Positions 26,079 through 40,016 of a DNA stretch of 64,000 nt are shown piece by piece. The notes under the pieces are model-generated. The model was not told where the DNA came from. It searched no databases and was given only the letters and a program-made list of their open reading frames with translations. The DNA comes from Octopus sinensis (Eukaryota), in the NCBI RefSeq assembly GCF_006345805.1, contig NC_043013.1:38254001-38318000 (forward strand), in the 5' to 3' direction. Numbering within the stretch: position 1 is the first letter of the stretch; each line of letters opens with the position of its first letter. A program made the translations under genes and the position numbers.

Positions 26079-28619
26079 TACATAAATTTTAACAACAAAA
26101 TCATTCAAGGTACTCCATGGGTCATATCGACACCGGTTCGAAACCACGAATACAAAGTTATGAACTTTGATAATACTGCATCTGTCCTCATCGTTGTTGT
26201 TGATGTTATTGTTGTCTTTGTTGTTTAGCCACATAACAACAATGACCAAGCAGACATATTATGATAAAAAAAAAGGGTTCTAGTCCCACGACTAATTTGC
26301 CTTTTATCCAAACATTGTATCTGAGAAATATATCCTTCATTTTTCATATTCATTTATTTATTTATTTTACTGTAAGATATTTGAGAGAGATTTGGTTGCT
26401 ATTTCAAGCAAATCTAGTGACCACCTTAATATTCCCGCGTTGCCTTTTCATGAAGTGCAGTAGTTTGATGTTACTGATTAAAATAGTTATGACTTCAAAA
26501 TATTGGGTCAGTTGTGATTATTGTCACTATTCTTATGTTCAGCCCTGACTGAACTAACCTATGATCAGTCGCAGCAACCGTTATTTTCACTCGATAACAT
26601 TCAATATAATGAATCCTTTTTTCTTTAATTCTTTCTTTATCCTTGTACATTATATAATCCTTAAGCTTAATGTCAGTAGCCATCCCCTGGTTTATGAAAA
26701 AAATACAAAAATCCTTGTATAGAACTGTGCACTTTACAGTTCTAGCGATGCAGTGTTTGGCTGTGGTGCACATGCCCTCATGTCCGAGATAGGAAGCTTC
26801 GCGTTAGGCAGAGAGAGCACTACGTGAACAACAGTGCCGAATGAAAGGTAGTGTTTCTTTTTTACTCTGCGTGTGTTGTGCTTAAAAACGTGTTTATATT
26901 CTTGAATGTGATAAAGTGCAGAATTAGATTATTACCCTGCTCCCAGCTTCAGTGATGCTGCCAGGATTTGAAAAATAGGGCAAATTTCCCCACCTTATTT
27001 TGTGATTTAGTGGGGAGTTAATTCGCGGCGGTGTTCAGTGAACAAATAAAACATACTACTCGGCAGTGGCTAAAATGCGGACTGATCATGTTAATGCAAA
27101 AATTTTCTTTTTATATGTTTCCTTTTACACAATATTAAAACAACAGCTAAAATTTTCTGAAGCAGCACCATAACTAATCTTATCTACGAGCCGCCACTAC
27201 CTTTGATCAAAGCGATTTCAGCTGATACTGTTACAAATCTAAGATAACAATATCCTACAACGTTTTACTCCTGCTTTGTGACAAGTAGCAGATAATTTGA
27301 GAGAGATTTGGCTGCCATTTCTAGTGCGTAGAGCAACCACAACAGGTTCCCTCGCATAAAATTTCAATTATGTATGAAGTTGGCAACTCGTGAGTGCTGA
27401 AGAAAGGGCATTGTTGTCAAATGTCATTGATTTGTGAGGAAGTGATAGTGATGATCGTGGTGGTTGTGGTGACGGTTGTGGTAGTGGTGGTGCTATGGTG
27501 ATAGTGGTGGTTGTGCTGTTGTGGCTGTTGCTTGGGGAAGGAGGTCATCGTTGTTGTCGCCGTCGGTATCCGTCGTCGTCGTCTTTGTGATACAGGTAGT
27601 CGTGTTTTCGGTCGTTGTCTCCGTGGCTATCTATAGCACAGCACTTTTGATGTCCTTCATGTTATTTGTTAATGACTTTTACTAAAGAAGGGAGATTAGC
27701 AACCTTGCCCTCCTTAGAAAAGAAGAGCAGGGGTGCTACAGGCATTGGTTGGCAGGGAAAGAAGCAAATTATCATTAGGAGGGAGATCAGAAGAGCCGGT
27801 CTGAATGCTTGCAATAAAATGATCGCCAGTAAAAGCAGTCTATAACTAAAGTGTTACTGCTGGTGTTAAACAAGGCAGCGTATTAAGTCTTTCGTTATCT
27901 TTTATTTGTTTGTCCGTCGAAGTTACTTCGTTGCTCTTCGCAACCTTTTCAGTGACCCGTGACTCCCTTCTCGCTCCAAAGCCTGCTTTCGTCTGTCTGA
28001 GAATTTTATCTTTTATCTTTTATTTGTTTCAGCCACTGGACTGCGGGCATGCTAGGGCCAGGGCTGGGTTAACAATTAAGCAGAATAAGCACTTGTTTAG
28101 GGCATCAAGGAGGAAAGGGCACCACAGAACTAGTAAATGGTCTATGGCACAAAAGAAATCACTATAGACTTGCTAAAATGATGTTCGGGATGCCTCATCC
28201 CTACTAAGTACAGAAGCAGATGTTTTACGTAAGAACTGATTTTTTGGAGCTAATCAAAGACATTTCAATGTAAAAAGATGAAGACAGGCGGTGCTCCAGT
28301 CAAAGGCGGTGTTCCAGCATAGCCGCAGTCAAATAGCTGAAACAAGTATAAGAAAAAAAATTCTACTGTATGGGTGGCCGGGGCACATGAGTAATATTTG
28401 CTGCAATTTTTACTTTGAGAAAAAAAGTGTATTTTTTTTACAAATGTTCATTACCTTACAGAAACTACTGTTCACCTCGTTTTCTCTAACTCTCGCCTGC
28501 TTCCGATCAGTTATTTTTTTGGCTATGTAATGATACCCGTGCTTTTCTCCGGACTATGTGCTTCTTTTTCCTTTTCCTCTTTCGTGTATGTATGTATGTA
28601 TTATATGTATTTGCATACA

Positions 28620-29130
28620 TACTGTCCTGAAATAGATATAGAAAATCCAGCGGTTATTGAATACTTATATGTATATTATCACAAAGAATGCTGGTGTAAC
28701 ATTCCCATTGAAACATCGGTCAAGAAAAGTATGTACCGTCATTGAGGTCAGCTATCCTGCTGATGTGAATATGTCTTTGAAAATTAAAGAGGAACAAATT
28801 AATTATGGACAACTGCTCCAAAACCTCCAGCTAGTATATTACAAATTTACATTCATGCCAATAATAATTGGAGCATTTGGTTTTGTAAGTAAATGTAAAT
28901 GCCTATCAGTCAGTCTGGATAACCCTGGATTTTCAGAATAGGAAATCAATCAACTGAATCGCATATTACAAATACGATCTGTAAGCGGAACAATGAAAGT
29001 ATGTAAGACTTTTCTCAGGTTTAAAATGTGACGTTGTTTTCGTTATCTACATTCCAAAGACGAAGCTTTGTATCTTTGTTAGAAACCAACTCCTTCAGAG
29101 GAAGAATTTAAATGATTAAAAACAGAAGAG
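28620..29130 (+). mobile_element. R4/Dong-like LINE 3' end (restriction-like endonuclease plus 3'UTR)
   Basis: Reads KVCTVIEVSYPADVNMSLKIKEEQINYGQLLQNLQL..FMPIIIGAFGFV, then SGTMKVCKTFLRFKM*. Ends next to CATACATAC. Confidence 0.75.
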
Positions 29131-30379
29131 ACATACATACAGATATTCACATATGTATATCGCTAAACGTCTTGAGACTTCTTCTTTAACATGTTGTATA
29201 TTAAAAGTACAGGCCACTGTGGCAAGGAATTATTACTGTTGTTGTTGACTGGATAAGATAGTCTTAGAATATATATAAAAGTGAACAAAGAACAGCAAGA
29301 GATAAGCTGGTTCGATGACTGGTTTCAAATCTCAGCTGAATGCGTTTCACATTCCTCAGGAGAAAGTTACAAAAGAGATGTTTCATATTTTTTCTTCAAT
29401 CGATACTACACTTCGAATCAAGCTGATATCGATTTGAATTACTATTGCTTCGCAGTTTATAAAACAAGTACCAGTAATATACATGGCATTATTCTGTAAA
29501 CTAAATAATATATTGCCTTAAAGAAATAAAAAAAAATTAAGTGACATAATCCTTAGTAAAAAAAAAATACAATTTTGGAAATATTTCAATTTTCTCATTT
29601 TCTAATACTCTTGAAAAACAATGATATGAATGTTACAAATTGCCATTTCAATACTCCAACATTTTGAGGAAAAACAGTATTCTATTGTCACGTTATCGCA
29701 ATTATATTTATTTCTGTATTAAGACAAATCGAACGAAATAGAAGGCTTTAAAGTAAATATTATTGCCTTGTATTCTATCTTTAATCGAAAAATTTTGAGA
29801 TATTCCATAAATGACGTAAATTTAAGTCCACCCACTCGTGGTATTTTTGGTTATAAAAGGCCGGCAATTTCTCACTTCTATCGAGGCACCAGCACGGATC
29901 TAATCTGACCTGATCTCAACAGATGTAGTGTAGTCTCGATCTGATCTCGATTGGTGAAGATTTATCAGGTCAGCTGACATCAGATCAATATAACACTTGG
30001 TAAGTATACCAGGTGAGTATAAAACGAAGCTCACAGAAAATCTGGCTCAGATTGCATACTATCTTCGGCATAATATTTAAACCTATAAGCTTCGGAAGCC
30101 ATTGAAGTTTAAAAGCCAGCCACAGAGGATTTAGGGTTGGGAAAAAAAAGAAACTATTTGTAGCGCGATAATGGTAGTTTTTGTCAGCTATTAGTAAGAG
30201 TTCAGTCTGCTGTAAGCATCGACTAAACTTAAGACTTTGTTGGATTTCCAGGTCAGATTAAAGTCCGTTTAGATGGGCATAAATTAAGATAATTTGAACA
30301 AAATCTAACTTAAATTGGTTTACAAATGATCAGGTCGGTTTTATGAATCCCTGAGTCTTTAAACACTCTTTGCAAAATG

Positions 30380-30444
30380 CTGGTTGATGACAACAGTTTC
30401 GAGGTATACGGGTGTGTCACATAACCGTATAGACTCTTAACCAG
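30380..30444 (-). ncRNA. Hammerhead relic (CUGA box partly deleted)
   Basis: CUGGUU-AAGA-GUCUAUACGG..CCGUAUACCUC-GAAAC-UGUU-GUC|AUCAACCAG. Stems and the GUC site are retained. Confidence 0.45.
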
Positions 30445-31728
30445 GCTCTTTAAGTGCAGGAAACCTGGGGTTTCCAACCAGAAATCCTGATAATGCTACT
30501 TTTGTACAACTTTTTTATAGGTAAATAAGGGCATATGGTTGATTGAAGGGAATTCACTACAACACTAGTGACAGCGGTGCAATGATGGAAGAGTTGAAGA
30601 GTTAAAAATAATGCCAACTGGATTCGAACTTACAACATTGGTGTCCTACTTTTATAGAATTGATGAATTTAATAAAACTTGCAGAAAATTATTTTATAAT
30701 TTTCTTGTTAATAATATCAGTTTGGGAGTGACACGAAAAGTGGGAAAAAAGAGTCGATAATACTCTTCCCATCACTCTCAATTTATTGGCATTGTATTTG
30801 TTCCGAGTCTCTTGTACTTTCGAGTTGAAATCTCCGACAACAAAATAGGAATTTGTAAGACATATCTGAAAAATTAGTTTAAAATGATTTCTTTTGTGCA
30901 GCAAAACATTTACCATTTCTGTAGTGCTCCCTCTTTCACTTGATGTCTTAAGCTTGTGCATATTTTGCTTAATGGTTAATCCATTTCTGATGACCATACT
31001 GTCTTTTATTAGAGATCAAGAGGCGTAAATTGCTCAATGAGAGACCTTCCTATTTCATAAGAGCAGAGCGTGGTTTGAAAAGAACTTGGCTGCTGTTTCT
31101 AGTGAGATGAAAGCCCCTGATTCTCAGTTACTATAGTGTTCTTGTCTTTACTCTAGTAGCCATAAGATGGTTAAAGTAGTGATGGTTGTGCTGTGGAACG
31201 TTGGTGGTGTTGACGGTGATGATTATGATGATGATGATGATCATGATGATGATGGGTGGTTGTGTTGTTAAGGGGTAATTGTTGTAGTGATGTAGGTGGT
31301 AGCGGTGCAGGTAATGGTGCGGCGGCAGACGCAGTGGTTGGTGATGATGGCAGTGGCGATGGTGTGGAATCGCTGTGTACAATAGCGTTGTTGGTGGTGG
31401 TGTTAAATGATGGAGGTGATGTCGGTGATAGTGGGGGCTGTTATAGTAGTGGGAGGGTCGATGATAGGAGTAATGGTATCGTGGTAGTGGAGGTGGTGGT
31501 GACGATGGTGATAGAATTGGTGATGGCATTGGTGGTGGTGGTAGTGGTGGTCGTCATCGTCGCCGTCGTCGTCGTGATGGTAGTGACGGTGATGGTGGTG
31601 TGGGCATTTGTTTTGTTAACGTGACATTTTGGTAGTGTCGTGGTCACAATAAACAGACAGATGGTAGTAAGTAGATAATAGGCCATAAAAAAATATACCC
31701 CAGGTACGGGTAGAGATAGAGCCTCTTT

Positions 31729-31764
<36 letters not shown>

Positions 31765-32047
31765 GGACAAACAGACACGGGGTAAGAGGATCAGAAATAG
31801 GAGAACAAAAAGAACAAAAGTATATAATGAAAAAATAAATAAATGAAAGGACAGCGCATCGTGCTCATGTATGTATGTATGTATTATGTATGTGCATATT
31901 ACATATATATATATATACGTACTTGTGTATATGTATGTATATATTATTATGTGTATATGTGTGTATATACATACGATTCTATGGTTAATTTACATGCATA
32001 CGTAATGCATTTTGAGTTCGTGTATGTACATACGTGTGTTCGGATAT

Positions 32048-32101
<54 letters not shown>

Positions 32102-32801
32102 ATGCATGCATGTAAGTGTGTATGCAAGAGTGTATATATATTAAGGTAGAAGCCATTAAAAGAGTGGAAGATGAGTGAGGCTAATGAATAGAAAGAGAAC
32201 GTGAAAAAGTGGGAGTTACCACTCGCCTGAAAAGTTGAGAAACTTAAAACTGAAGTACACTATCTATCTCTCAGTCTAACCATCTATTTGTCTATCCATC
32301 TCTCTGTCTGTCTGCCTGTCTATCTATTTATTTGTCTGTTCTTCTATATGACTATGTATTTATGCATGTGTGCGCGTGTGTTCACACACACACATATATA
32401 CTCACAATTTGAGGAAGTGGTATCACCACCACCTCCACCACGATGATACCACCACCGCTATCATCGACCCTCCCACCACTTAAGCCGAACTCTCACTATC
32501 ACTGACACCACCGCCATCATTTATATATATGCATATGTGGGCACAGAACGTCACGGAAGTGTACAACAAAAAATACGAAGTACGAGTACATGGAATATGA
32601 ACTTTTATTTTGAGCAACGAAAGACACAAATAGAAAACAAGACAGCCAATATAAAGAACGACCCTTCATCAGTTGTTGGCTGTTATTTTTTTTTCTACTC
32701 TCGTTTTTCGAGCAATGCACAAGATACGCTTTCGATAAAACAGTTGCCCCAGCAAAGCAAATTAAATGAAATTTGCGATTTTTGTGCCACGAATGTTATA
32801 T

Positions 32802-32981
32802 GAGGGAAAGGCAAAGGCCGATACAGTTCGGCACCAGTGACGTCGCAACTCATTTCTACAGCTGAGTGAACTGGACCAACCTGAAATAAAGTGTCTTGCT
32901 CAAGAACACATCACATAGCCCAGTATAGGAATCGAACTCACCACCTCATGATTGTGAACCCGACGTTTTAACACTGAGCCA
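32802..32981 (-). mobile_element. SINE family C, 3'-truncated (tail-2)
   Basis: Reverse complement of the C head, CORE-like block and start of tail-2. Confidence 0.8.
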
Positions 32982-32989
32982 ATATACAA

Positions 32990-33025
<36 letters not shown>

Positions 33026-33039
33026 CTATATATATATAT

Positions 33040-33083
<44 letters not shown>

Positions 33084-33410
33084 AAATAAACATCCAAGCT
33101 GCGAGATTTGAACTCGGACTACAGACTGTGGGAACAAATACAAGGCTTCTTGCTCGATACTCTTCTCTAACGATTCTTCTTGTAGTCAGCTAATCTTCAC
33201 TTCAGCTCTCTTTCTTAAACTACATCGTATCAGACATCTTCCTACCTGGAGTAAGTCGTTTATATAGACCACAGATAAAATGAGTATCAGGGCTTCAACT
33301 GGAACTTATTCTATCGACTCTACAAGAATGCAAGGCAAAGTCGACCTCAGCAGAATTTGAACTCAGAACGTAAAGACGGACAAAATGCTATGCAGTAATT
33401 TACCCGCTGT

Positions 33411-34020
33411 AAGGCGGCGAGCTGGCAGGAACGTTAGCACGCCGGGCGAAATGTGTAGCCGTATTTCGTCTGCTATTACGTTCTGAGTTCAAATTCCGCC
33501 GAGGTCGACTTTGCCTTTCATTCTTTCGGGGTCGTAGATTAAGTACCAGTTACGCACTATAATCGACTTAATCCGTTTGTCTGTCCTTGTTTGTCCCCTA
33601 TGTGTTTAGCCCCTTGTGGGTAGTGAAGAAATAGGTATTTCGTCTGTCTTTACGTTCTGAGTTCAAATTCCGCCGACGTCGACTTTGCCTTTCATCATTT
33701 TGGGGTCGATTAAAAAAGTACCAGTTGCACACTGGGGTCGATATAATCGACTTAATCCCTTTGTCTGTCCTTGTTTGTCCCCTCTGTGTGTAGCCCCTTG
33801 TGGGCAGTAAAGAAAAAAGAAACGTTAGCATGCCGGGCGAAATGCTTAGCGGTATTTCGTCTGCCGCTACGTTGTGAGTTCAAATTCCACCGAGGTCGAC
33901 TTTGCCTTTCTTCCTTTCGGTGTCGATAAATTAAGTACCAGTTGAGTACTGAGGGTCGATGTAATCGACTGGCCCCCTTCCCAAAAATTTCGGGTCTTGT
34001 GCCTAGAGTAGAAAAGAATT
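33411..34020 (+). mobile_element. SINE family D trimer (head-alpha-beta-gamma) nested in an older minus-strand D copy (~33285-34058)
   Basis: Three tandem cores. The split host element resumes at 34021-34058, and TTTACCC occurs on both sides of the insert. Confidence 0.88.
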
Positions 34021-34669
34021 TTACCCAGGGTGCTAACAATTCTGCCAGCTCACCGCTTTCCACAATACTGTAAATTTATGGTGCGTCTATATGGGTACTC
34101 AATTTGATCTGCTAGAAATGGCAGCCTAATCTTTCACACACACACCAAACCCTTTACAGTCTCGAACAAAGAATGACACGTCATGCAATGTGCTAGATAA
34201 TCCTGTAAAAGACGGATGGGCGTGGATGGAATGCTTTTAAACAAAGACCAACAGGACAAATACGGATCTAAATGACAATAGTAACGACAAAAACAAGATA
34301 TAATTCCTACTGCAAAGTGTCTCCATTATCAAGGTTTTTCAACATGTAGCTGTTAATACATCTCAGGTATTTATTGCTGGTCTTTGTTTTTATATAGGTG
34401 AGGGTTTATTTGATTTTCTTCATTCTAGAAGCAGATATAGATAATTATTGACCTCCTTTCACTGTTTTTCTTTTATTATTTTATCGAGTATTATTAATTC
34501 GCAGGAGTGGTTTTCGTACATCTGATAATCGCAGTCATTAATATACCTAGTTACCGTGTTTACCTGTTGCTACTTTAGCTTGTTCGTTTGTTTGTTTTCC
34601 TTACCTGTTATTTTAGTTTTGATTTTTTTTTTTTATATATTTTCTTGCTCGCAATAATAATGATAATAA

Positions 34670-35285
34670 TGGTTTAAAGTTTTTCCACAAAAGCAGCCAT
34701 TTTGGGGGAGGGGATGAGTCGATTGCATCGACCTCAGTGTTCAACTGGTACTTAATTTATCGACCTCGAAAGAATGACAGGCAAAGTCGACCTCGACGGA
34801 ATTTGAACTCAGAACGTAACGGCAGACGAAATACCTATTTCTTTACTACCCACAAGGGGCTAAACACAGAGAGAACAAACAAGGACAGACTAACGGATTA
34901 AGTCGATTATATCGACCACAGTGCGTAACTGGTACTTATTTAATGGAGCCCGAAAGGATGAAAGGCAAAGTCGACCTCATCGGAATTTGAAATCAGAACG
35001 TAACAGCAGACGAAATACCGCTAAGCATTTCGCCCGGCGTGCTAACGTTTCTTATTTCTTTATTGCTCACAAGGGGCTAAACATAGAGGGGACAAAGAAG
35101 GACAGACAAAGGGATTAAGTCGATTACATCGACCCCACTGCGTAACTGGTACCTAATTTATTGACCCCGAAAGGATGAAAGGCAAAGTCGACCACGGCGG
35201 AATTTGAACTCAAAACGTAAAGACTGACGAAATGCTGTGAAGCATTTCGCCCGGCGTGCTAACATTTCTGCCAGCTCGCTGCCTT
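34670..35285 (-). mobile_element. SINE family D trimer (head-beta-alpha-gamma)
   Basis: Three tandem cores on the minus strand, inverted relative to 33411-34020. Confidence 0.88.
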
Positions 35286-35294
35286 AATAATAAT

Positions 35295-35700
35295 AATCCT
35301 TTCTACGATAGGCACAAGGCTTGAAATTTTGTAGGAGAGGAGCAGCCAAATACAACCCCAGTGCGTAACTTGTACTTATTTTGTCCACCCAGAATGGATG
35401 AAAGGCAAAGTTGACCTTGGCGGAATTTGAACTCAGAATGTATAGACGGACGATATGCTAGTAAGCTTTGATAATAATAATTCTGTTTTGGAGCAATGTA
35501 TCTCGAAGCAAATAAAGCTATAGATACTCCTTTCTTCAATAGGCACATGACCTGATATTTTGGAAGACGGGTCTAGTAGATTATATTTGAGCCTAGTGCT
35601 CAAATGGTACTTATTTTATCGATTCTGAAGGATGAAACGCAAAGATTGACCTCGGTGGAATTTGAACTCAGAGAATAAAGACGGACGGAATGCTACTGAA
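35295..35700 (-). mobile_element. Two decayed family D (gamma-tail) copies
   Basis: GGAATTTGAACTCAG cores near 35425 and 35660. Confidence 0.7.
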
Positions 35701-37299
35701 CATTTTGTTATTGTTGTACTGTGAACCTTACGGAAGAAGAATCGATTCCCTTTCCAGCCATAAGTAAGGGCTCGAAGATTTACAGGGGAGATACCAATAA
35801 GAAAATAGCTTTAAACTTTTAAAGTTGTGTGGAAAGACATGAGTAAGTTACACAAAAACGAAGCAAGAGAGAGAAGGCGTTAGGCAATATATAAATTGAC
35901 GAATAAAAATTTTATTATGCTCATATATTTACTCGGAATAGATAAAAATCAAGATGAAAAACACAAAAACTAACATAAGAAATAATTCAAAGGAAATAAA
36001 ACATGAAAATTGTTTGGTTTCTCAGTGGTGAAAACTATTAAACAGGTTGATTTAGAGCTCTGCCAGTCCTTACCCGCCCTTCATTGCTCGATGTATTCCT
36101 CACTTGTACAGTAAGGGTCACTAGTTAGCATGTTCAAGAATTTGGAGAAGCTACTCTATAAATAATAAAATCGTACCCTGGTAATCGTACCCTGGTAATC
36201 GCACCCTGGTAATATAACACATCAAACACATCCACGTCTTCAGGATAAAGCCTTTTCAGTTGGTTTTGGAACTTATGGTTTCCAATGGGGATTGTGGGAT
36301 TCTCAGTTTTGTTTTCTTTGAAGTTCCTCTCTTCATCTGTTCTACATATTTTCTTAGGCTTGACTTCTTTCTTCTTTCTATTATCACCGACAATTAACCT
36401 TCTCATTTCATATCCTATATCCTCATTGTCACAAGTGAATAGGGTAGTTCTACTGCCCACTCCACTGGTTACCGATGCTTTGACCCTGAAGTTATGGAGA
36501 TTTCCTTGACCGTCTTCGATGCTACAAATGGTAGTAGAGTTGAGATAGTATCCTCCAGAACATTCAAATATCCATCGCTATCTCCCTTTCTCTGTCGTTC
36601 CTTGGGGGACAGCTTCTCGAATAGCTCTTCCTACCTGCACACCATCAGTCTCTGTTTTGTCTAATTATTAGGTTATACGTACTTACGAGTCTATGCTGAC
36701 CTCTCCGACCACACTTTGTTCCCCAACACCTGTGCTTACCATCCACTATTTTTACGTTACAAAACTGACGGTCAATCAAGTGTCACTGTCAATGACAATA
36801 CTGTCACTTTTCTGTTTTGCTGTCTCGTGTACTAAAACACGAGCAATGGAAGATATTTTTCGCACTGTTTCTGATGTTACTTAATCCTCGGTTTTAAAGT
36901 CAAGCAGACAGTACCGTAAGCCTTGCCCTACTCAGTGTATAATATGCCGGTCCATACTTTGGTTCCTGTCTCCTTTAGTTGCTGTCTTTGGAGCTGTGAA
37001 AAAAACTTTCACTCACTTCATAAAGTACAGGTACATTAATTTTATTCTTACTCCTCTTTAATGGGTTCTTCAAGCAAAGAAACACTATCATTTGTGACAC
37101 TGTTCTCTCACAAATGCTCAATCTAAACCTGACCATATTGATAAAATATCTCGATTCATCCCATCCGTCCACTACTTCTGAGACGGTTGTGGGATCACAA
37201 CCTTCAAGTACCTTGTGCATAGAGTCTTATGAAAAGTAACCATCATTACCAGTTGCATTGCTAAATGTGACCATCGGAAATAATGGATATTATCCAACT

Positions 37300-37545
37300 A
37301 TTTCGTTCTTGGTCTACTCCTAGGTTGATGCGACTTGGAAAATCTGCCTTGTGATTTTTTTTCCTCGGAGATTCTAATCACATGTCTGTAGTACCGGAGT
37401 TGTGACCTTTCAATGCGGAGAAATAGCAACCTGACCTCGAGAGATTCCCTGGATCTCCAAGCTATCACCTTGTCGAGTAACGCAATTCCAGAGATCCTTC
37501 GGAGAAACCCCATTTCAACCACTTTTATTCGCGTTAATGTACTTG
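37300..37545 (-). mobile_element. RTE-clade LINE C-terminal fragment
   Basis: RIKVVEMGFLRRISGIALLDKV..RESLEVRLLFLRIERSQLRYYRHVIR..RPR is typical of RTE C-termini. Confidence 0.8.
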
Positions 37546-38273
37546 TTTCAGAAAAGTATGCAAAACATGACAGCAATTAGATCACAATCATCTTAGACAT
37601 ACCTGGCCAAACTGGAAAGACGATCAAAGCAAATGGCCGCCCAGGACTGGTACGAAAAGGTTTGAACTCCGAATCGACATCTCGATTACTTGAGCATTAC
37701 CCCGAATGAGGTGGTGGAGAAACTATGCAGTTGCAAGTATCTTGAGAATTAGTTATTTGTGGAGTGGGGCATGAATGTTAAAGCGTTTCCAAGTAACGGT
37801 ATGAATATAATCATAAAACCCATACCGGGTTTTACAACGTCCAAACAATATCCCTGCTAGACACTCTTATATCCTACGCAAGACTTTTTTAGTTCAGTAG
37901 TGCGATTCTTACACTACACTTTCTGTCGACAGCATATGCCATTCCAGCGAATTTTCCATAAAACAGCTCACATCACATACACTCTATAAAATCAACCATT
38001 GTTAATCTAACATATCACACAAAACATCATTTGCTCGACACTATAATACCTCACACAGCTCTTCTGTACACAGTTGATAAATAATAATAAAAATCCTCAT
38101 ATATAGCTGACAGTGTCTCCTTCTTTCTGTCCTCCACTGACATGCGCGTCAAGGACAATTAGCAGCGAAGATAGTTTCCCAATCGCTGTATTTCGTTAAA
38201 ACATTGACAGGTCGTTTAGTTAATTGAATACTCTGTAGAAATTTGCATTATAAGTTCAGCTTACCACGTGTAA

Positions 38274-38419
38274 CATACATACATACATACATATATACAT
38301 ACATACATACATACATACATACATACATACATACAATCATACATACATTCACACATACATACATACACACATACATACACACATACATACATACACACAT
38401 ACATACATACATACATACA

Positions 38420-38453
<34 letters not shown>

Positions 38454-38590
38454 CATACATACATACATACATACATACACACATACATACATAATACATA
38501 CATACATACATACATACATACATACATACATACATACATACATACATACATACATACATACATACACACATACATACACACATACATACA

Positions 38591-38624
<34 letters not shown>

Positions 38625-38705
38625 CATAATACATACATACATACATACATACATACATACATACATACACACATACATACATACATACATACATACATAC
38701 ATACA
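38274..38705. repeat. (CATA)n microsatellite, ~430 bp
   Basis: Direct tandem array. Confidence 0.95.
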
Positions 38706-38956
38706 TGCATGCGTACGTACATGCGTGCGTAAGTGTGTGTGTGTATATATATATATTATACATATATATATGTGTGTGTGCTCATGTGTATATGTGAATG
38801 CATTCGTGTGACTGCACGTATGATTTCATTATTTATTAAATGTATATATGTATATTGTTCAAATAATACATTTAAATGCATCTCATCGCGAATAATAAAT
38901 TATAAAACTTAACATTTATTACTCGTCGATTTTCGCTGAGTGTCTACTGATAATAT

Positions 38957-39294
38957 CTTCTTCTTTTTTTTTTTACTCCGTCGGTTACGACGACGAGGGT
39001 CCCAGCTGATACGATCAACGGAACAGCTTGCTCGTGAAATTAACGTGCAAGTGGCTGAGCATTCCACAGACACGTGTACCCTTAACGTAGTTCTCGGGGA
39101 TAATCAGCGTGACACAGAGAGTGACAAGGCTGACCCTTTGAAATACAAGTACAACTCATTTTTTCCAGCTGAGTGGACTGGAGCAACGTGAAATAAAGTG
39201 TCTTGCTCAAGGACACAACGCGTCGCCGGGAATCGAACTCACAACCTTACGATCATGAGCCGAATGCCCTAACCACTAAGCCACGCGCCCTCAC
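38957..39294 (-). mobile_element. SINE family C head and CORE-like block with tail-1, full length with TSD
   Basis: A-box TGGCTTAGTGG and B-box GAGTTCGATTCC. 11-bp TSD ACTGATAATAT at 38946-38956 and 39295-39305. Confidence 0.92.
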
Positions 39295-39499
39295 ACTGAT
39301 AATATATATATATATGTAACGCAGACCACCTTCTATACAATCACCGTTGGACATAGAAGCACACAAAGCCAATCACGCAGCGCATGGAAAACAGAAAGTC
39401 CACCCAAAGAAATAACACAGCAAACATTGTATAGATCTAGAACAAGAGATAAGACGTTCAAAGAACAACAGACATAACACAAAGTCTCGTCTTTTCTTA

Positions 39500-39893
39500 G
39501 CACTCCGTCGGTTACGACGACGAGGGTTCCGGTTGATCCGAATCAACGGAACAGCCTGCTCGTGAAATTAACGTGTAAGTGGCTGAGCATTCCACAGACA
39601 CGTGCAACGTGCACCCTTAACGACGTAGTTCTCGAGGATATTCAGCGTGACACAGAGAGTGAGAAAGGCCGTCCCTTTGAAAAATACAGGTACAACAGAA
39701 ACAGGAAGTGAGAGTGAGAGAAAGTTGTGGTGAAAGAGTACAGCAGGGATCACCACCATCCCCTGCCGGAGCCTCGTGGAGCTTTTAGGTGTTTTCGCTC
39801 AATAAACACTCACAACGCCCGATCTGGGAATCGAAACCGCGATCCTATGACCGCGAATCCGCTGCCCTAACCACTGGGCCATTGCGCCTCCAC
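39500..39893 (-). mobile_element. SINE family B, full length (tail-1)
   Basis: Reverse complement of family B. Confidence 0.9.
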
Positions 39894-40016
39894 AAAGTAA
39901 CTCACAATGGAACAGAATTAATGTAGGAGGCATACACAAGTTTTTACACAAAATACAATGCAGCATAGATTTCAGGAACACAATGTTGTACTCATGGTGC
40001 AGCAGAAACTTGTATA

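Noticed and set aside
33411-35700. CRISPR-like repeat array or hammerhead retrozyme array
   Set aside because: The units are ~200-bp SINE multimers without unique spacers, and I found no CUGANGA..GAAA with stems in them.
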